Shown in pieces: positions 59,393 through 64,000 of a stretch of DNA of 64,000 bases. The translations under genes were made by a program, and so were the position numbers. Position 1 is the first letter of the stretch. Each line of letters opens with the position of its first letter. The DNA lies in contig CAVXRD010000002.1 in NCBI GenBank assembly GCA_963764165.1, positions 1,792,001-1,856,000 of the forward strand, given 5' to 3'. The notes under the pieces were generated by a model. The model made no database searches. It was not told the DNA's origin and saw nothing but the letters and a program-made list of their open reading frames with translations. The DNA is from an uncultured Verrucomicrobiae bacterium (GTDB lineage Bacteria > Verrucomicrobiota > Verrucomicrobiia > Limisphaerales > Palsa-1400).

Positions 59393-60925
59393 CTAAATCC
59401 CACCAGCCAACGCCAACCCCTTCCATCCTCTCCTCCACTTTCCATTACCAGCACCCAAATCGTGTCTGTATTTGAGACCCAGCCCAATCTCGATCTCCTC
59501 CTTGGCCAATCCGTTAAAATCCGGTGACGAGAACGGCCTCAGATGATTGTTTCGGCACCATTCCTGATAATGTTCATACAAATCCGACACTCCCAATTCT
59601 GAGTCCTTCTTCTTCACCAATGCAGAACGGACGAAGGCTTTGGGACTGTCGGACGCCAATAATAATGCGGCAGCTCGGGCTTTCTGTTCCGTCGTCTGCG
59701 TCAGCTGGAGCCTGTCTTTGACCAGCTTCGCGCGTCCTTCAATCAGCCAATTTAATATGCCTGATGATTCGTCCCTCAGGATTATCTCAGCCAACTTCCC
59801 AAAGTGTTTTTCGTGGGTGGGGGTTTTGAACGACAGCACCACCAATCTTCTTAGCCAGGCCTCGGAATCCTCGTCCAAGTGTATTTTTGGCTTTCCGTTG
59901 CAGGCCAAAACTATAGGAAACACGCCCTCCAGGACCATTCGCTCATCGTTGGCCTTCACGTTAGCCCACAATGGATCGCCGCCCACCAACTGTTTGAATA
60001 TGCTGGCGTCCCTTCGTTTGAGGAAGTCTGTGGGCATGTCTGGATGGAAGAGGAGGTGTTTGCCTGCGTAATGGGAAAGTTCAAATTCGTCTCGGAAAAG
60101 CTGCTCCCTGATAATGCCGACCCTGTTCCATCCGACCACATTGCCGAGGATCTTCATTAAAGTCGACTTGCCCCATCCAGCATCTCCGGTCAGAATGAGG
60201 ATGGTTTGACTGTGGTTGATGCCTTCGAGGATCTGAGACAAATATCGTTGCAACAGGTCGATGTCTTCAGGACTGAGGATATGGGCCAGGAACGACTGCA
60301 GAAACATATTGCACTTGGCTTCGGGATCATATTTTACAGGGAGCGTTTGTATAATTGGGCGGGCGGGGCTGGAAGCGTGGAATATGATTGGGTCGGTCAA
60401 TTGCAGCACTCCGTTGGCCAGGCTGATGCGGAGACGTTTGCAGTCGTCAAAGAACGTTCCGTCGACTGCAAGAATATCTTTGGCGCGTTCGACTACGCGG
60501 TTCAATCGGGAGCGATTCTTGAGCGCCAGAAAGCTGCGTGCATTGGTGTGTGGCGGCAAGAATGGCACACATTGTTCGAGTCCATCCAAAAGATGGCCGA
60601 CAACTGTTGATTCTGAAATCGGCTCGTAAATGCCCTTGTTGCCATTATAGCGCCTGAATTGATTCTCGGCCGATACCCATACAGTTGGAGATTCAGGATT
60701 GCCGTCTGGACCAAGTGTGTGCGCCCAAAACTCATCCCTGAGTTCCAAAATGTCGAGTCGGGGAGCCGCACTGACCATTCCACTCTCCTTTTCAAGGAAT
60801 GCATCAAAGTGCTTCGCGACGTTCGGATACACGATCGCCGCTGCCTCATTGGCTGTGGCGGCGTGTTGTTGCAAGATTCGGGGTTGGATGGCGTCTGCGG
60901 CCGTTCTGTCGATTGGTTGATTCAT
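59393..60925 (-). CDS. Phage/plasmid D5-like SF3 helicase (P4 primase-family C-terminal part)
   Basis: 'ISLANGVL', 'PVKYDPEAKC..F..FL', Walker A 'GDAGWGKST', 'FKQLVGGD', 'ACNGKP', 'AWLRRLVVLSF', 'ESSGILNWLIEG', winged helix 'DLYEHYQEWC'. Confidence 0.88.
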   Translation of the reverse strand: MNQPIDRTAADAIQPRILQQHAATANEAAAIVYPNVAKHFDAFLEKESGMVSAAPRLDILELRDEFWAHTLGPDGNPESPTVWVSAENQFRRYNGNKGIYEPISESTVVGHLLDGLEQCVPFLPPHTNARSFLALKNRSRLNRVVERAKDILAVDGTFFDDCKRLRISLANGVLQLTDPIIFHASSPARPIIQTLPVKYDPEAKCNMFLQSFLAHILSPEDIDLLQRYLSQILEGINHSQTILILTGDAGWGKSTLMKILGNVVGWNRVGIIREQLFRDEFELSHYAGKHLLFHPDMPTDFLKRRDASIFKQLVGGDPLWANVKANDERMVLEGVFPIVLACNGKPKIHLDEDSEAWLRRLVVLSFKTPTHEKHFGKLAEIILRDESSGILNWLIEGRAKLVKDRLQLTQTTEQKARAAALLLASDSPKAFVRSALVKKKDSELGVSDLYEHYQEWCRNNHLRPFSSPDFNGLAKEEIEIGLGLKYRHDLGAGNGKWRRGWKGLALAGGI

Positions 60926-60988
60926 ATTGATTCTGATACGTTGAATTTGATGGGGACAGGGGTTTTGAACTGTCCTTGTCCAAACTAT

Positions 60989-61933
60989 TTACTGTTTGCT
61001 CGCAGGTGGGGGCGGAGCCGGCACTGTTGATTCAGAAGCAGAGGCTTTTGGTCTTCTCATATACATGCGGGCGGGTTTTGCGGATTGGGCCTTGGAGATT
61101 AACGCCTGATCGCTTCGAGCATAAAAGCATTTCAAGTCAGCTTTGAGCGACCGATTTGAATCGTTCAGCCAATGGATCATCGCTTTCTTGGCCTCCTCAT
61201 CTATAGTAATCTCGGGCACCGGAAACGCCTTTACGATGGTTTTGCATTTCTCCCTCCTCTTTCGCCCGGTGTTTATTGCCGCGATGTCCTCGGCAGAATA
61301 GGTTACGCCAAAGTTCGTGCAGATGACAAGCAGGTCGACTACCTTGCGACTTCGGTCGTTTTCCGGTTTGTCAAACTGGTCAATCACTTTAATTTCGGCC
61401 TTTGTGGTATCGAATGGAACTTCTTTGACGATATGCTTGCAGCTTGCCGCATCCTTTTTATTTTCCGCGAGGAGGCGCAAGTCTTCATCGGATAACGTAA
61501 ACTGGTGGGCTATGCGCGAGCTATCGTTTGCAGCGTCGATTTCCATTTTACGAAGCTGCCAGTCGTTTCGTCTTTTCTGTTCTTCAAGCCATCTGAGTCG
61601 ATCTTCTTCGGCGAGTTTGGCGTCGTAATATTCTTTAAATTTCGCAAACTGGTTGATTACCGCCGGGGACATGCCAAGGCAGCCAATGTAGCTGGGGTCC
61701 GCGTAGTTGTGATGCAGCCACTTTAACCAGTTGGGCGCCGGTTCAACTTTGAAGTCGATAGCGAGTTTCTTACGCTCGATGAAATCCGACCACAATATCC
61801 AAGGAGCCTTGTCGCGGCTCAATTCATCGAAGAAGTCGTAACACTTCTGATTGTTGTAGAGCGCTTCAAAGGTTTCATCATTCCAGACCTTTGCGGGCTG
61901 CGTGCATTTAAGTAGCGAAAATATGGTACTCAT
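60989..61933 (-). CDS. Hypothetical protein (mobile element)
   Basis: 314-aa ORF co-directional with the helicase, Lys-rich. Confidence 0.7.
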   Translation of the reverse strand: MSTIFSLLKCTQPAKVWNDETFEALYNNQKCYDFFDELSRDKAPWILWSDFIERKKLAIDFKVEPAPNWLKWLHHNYADPSYIGCLGMSPAVINQFAKFKEYYDAKLAEEDRLRWLEEQKRRNDWQLRKMEIDAANDSSRIAHQFTLSDEDLRLLAENKKDAASCKHIVKEVPFDTTKAEIKVIDQFDKPENDRSRKVVDLLVICTNFGVTYSAEDIAAINTGRKRREKCKTIVKAFPVPEITIDEEAKKAMIHWLNDSNRSLKADLKCFYARSDQALISKAQSAKPARMYMRRPKASASESTVPAPPPPASKQ

Positions 61934-61957
61934 GGTGAATTAGTTTCTGTTGCGCGT

Positions 61958-63025
61958 TTAGTGAAGATCAAGGCTGTCCAAGAGCTGCATGAGGAGCTTC
62001 CCGGCCTCCTCATCGGTTGCATCGGCGATTCTCTGCCCCAGTTCTGGATGGTTGGCGAGGTGGTCATTCAATTCATCGGCGTGGTACTCGTAGCGTTTAA
62101 CGTACGAAACGGGAATGTGATAGTTGGGATCCAAAGCTTCATCATCGTGGGAGGAAGTTGTGGGTTGAGACGGAACGGAACCGCCATCACGCGCACCGGA
62201 ACCAGCACAAGCCGTTGACGGCAGAGAAACCGGGGCGGACACAATTGAACCCGATGACATTCCATGACCTTCCTCCCTTGACGCTGATGAACCCTTCTCA
62301 CTTGACCTTGATTCACTTTCTTTGGGTCCTGGCGAGGCCGCAGCGAGAGCCGGAGCGTTCAGCGCAGGCGCAGCGGAGGCGGAGCCGGGCGTTATTTGTT
62401 GTTTTTTGATTTTTTTCTCGTCTTGGACTATTTCATTATCATTAGTGGGCGCTGAATGCCCTGGTCTTAGGGCATTGGCGGACGGTCCTGAATGCCCTGC
62501 TGAAAGGTCGCTCAACGCCCCGTGCGATTCACTTGCAGGGCGTTCAGGTGCGGCTCCGACTGCCGGGCATTGAGCGCCATCCTCTGATTGCCCGGCATTC
62601 GTGGAGGGTTCCGGATGCCCTTCATTTGATACACTTTCACCTCTGCTCGAAGGCCCCCAATCTGATTCATAAACCTTTTTGACGACCTTGTATCGCTTGG
62701 CTCCCTTCCTGGTTCGTGCTGCACTTCCGCTTCCGTCGGTAATCAATTCGAGCGCTCCGCGTCCGGCCAGCATGCGAAGGTGCGTATTTATAGCCTTGAG
62801 GCCTATGCCGGTATTATAGTGAATGTCCGGTGCGTTGTATTCAAAGGGATAGACGTAGCCATCGCTCTCCGACTTTTGTTTCCTGCTGTCGATATACAGG
62901 AGCGTCAAAAGGAGACTGTATTTGCCATTTTCATAAAGCCCTTTTGCCAAGGACATGGAAATGGAGCCAAAGTGAATTGGCTTGCTGTTGTTCTTCTTGC
63001 GATTTGTCGGAACTATAGTTTTCAT
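61958..63025 (-). CDS. Putative winged-helix replication-initiator-like protein
   Basis: 'LLLTLLYIDSR...DIHYNTGIGLKAINTHLRMLAGRGALELI' HTH-like segment followed by a long low-complexity linker; start ATG 63025. Confidence 0.55.
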   Translation of the reverse strand: MKTIVPTNRKKNNSKPIHFGSISMSLAKGLYENGKYSLLLTLLYIDSRKQKSESDGYVYPFEYNAPDIHYNTGIGLKAINTHLRMLAGRGALELITDGSGSAARTRKGAKRYKVVKKVYESDWGPSSRGESVSNEGHPEPSTNAGQSEDGAQCPAVGAAPERPASESHGALSDLSAGHSGPSANALRPGHSAPTNDNEIVQDEKKIKKQQITPGSASAAPALNAPALAAASPGPKESESRSSEKGSSASREEGHGMSSGSIVSAPVSLPSTACAGSGARDGGSVPSQPTTSSHDDEALDPNYHIPVSYVKRYEYHADELNDHLANHPELGQRIADATDEEAGKLLMQLLDSLDLH

Positions 63026-64000
63026 AATCTGACTAAATTCGATTCTGACTGGGTTAAATGTGGGAAAGGCAGGCGGTTTTGTTTCCCGCCGCGTTACGAC
63101 CCGGGGAGGACAATCCCCATGAAGAACGGGAATAACCGCCTGCCTTAAAGCTGTGTCCAATTGTCATTTGTGTAACGCGTTTGAATATGAATATGATTGT
63201 CCTTGCAGCGTGATCTTTCCGGGGCCTCCTTTGAGTTTACGCAGGACTTGAAGCGACTGTTGCTGCTATCTATTTGAATCTTAGCAGATTTGTATAGATA
63301 GAGGCAAGGCTTATCTAGCAATTGGGACCATGCGATCACGTGGAAACGCGATTTTGTGGCCGATACTTGGGCGGCAAATCCAAAGAAAGACCAGTTTGTT
63401 TCTTTCCAATGAATATGCCGCCCTATACTATATCGTTGGCCTAGATCGCAAAGGTTAACATTCTTTCCAATTCCAGAGTTTTGGGAGTTTCGCTCTTGCT
63501 TTGCCTGGTGCACAATTTCTTGAGACGGATGCGTGTCTGCACACGCTGCCTGATCTTTTGTCGGTGTTAATAGGCGAAGAATACCTTGGCTTCATTGGAT
63601 TTCAATGAGCGAAAGCAACAGATTAGGTCTTTTTTGCTGGTCGGGCTCATACCACATCAAGTTGGCCTCTTCCAACTCCGTGGCGGCCTTGTTGAATTTG
63701 GCACCTTTTAACTTGGCTCCTTGGTTCGCCAGTTCGTTTAATGTCATATGGAGTGCGTGTTAACGCTGTAATTTGTGTTCTAGCCGGGCGCTGGAATTGT
63801 TGTGTCATGTCCCACATTTAAACCCACATGCCTGAGTTCTCGCCTTTGGCCCAGTTCGCCCTCGTCCAAACACCTGAGGCTTGTTTTTGAAAGCCCAGCT
63901 CCTTGAGATGATCGGCATAATCTTGGGGCATGGATTCGAGGCCGAAGGCCATGAGAGGAGCGCTCGTTTTCCCTTGGACGGGCACGAGCAGGACCGCTTT

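Noticed and set aside
63145..63747. Stop-codon readthrough at TGA 63592-63594 joining two frames
   Set aside because: Neighbouring frames are also interrupted; decay is the simpler explanation and no recoding signal was seen

Overview
GC-rich bacterial chromosome segment. The protein families and repeat types suggest a Pedosphaera-like Verrucomicrobiota, which is an inference. From left to right: (1) 1-14.8 kb is a cluster of secreted/surface proteins behind a Ser/Thr kinase-WD40 gene: a fibre-like repeat protein, a Kelch-like protein, a di-haem MauG/CcP-like protein, a BspA-LRR protein, a small 'YSIDW' protein and a 1359-aa FN3/CBM-like protein. (2) A NarL-type two-component pair, GH5 and GH2 glycosidases, and a coupled topoisomerase IB-LigD ligase pair. 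(3) A 1629-bp transposase-less element with 18-bp TIRs and an 8-bp TSD, inserted just upstream of a proteasome ATPase (arc/mpa)-dop pair; no Pup/UBact, PafA or 20S genes are adjacent. (4) Housekeeping genes and a flagellar-like HDOD/TPR/FlgN-like/sigma54-activator cluster. (5) tRNA-Leu(TAG), an IS remnant and a tRNA-Ser(GGA) broken at its anticodon loop. (6) A visibly lower-GC island follows, with aat, a truncated HNH gene, a 5'-truncated and frameshifted giant surface-protein gene ending in a caspase-like domain, and a satellite/plasmid-like D5 helicase module. At least six families of palindromic REP/MITE-like elements occupy the intergenic spaces. One is nested in another and one is read through in-frame. 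The best candidates for undescribed biology are a shared C-terminal module on unrelated secreted proteins (possible sorting signal), the kinase/fibre/YSIDW surface locus, the orphan ARC-Dop pair with a sigma54-type-promoter small ORF ending in -GE, and the cargo-carrying non-autonomous transposon.
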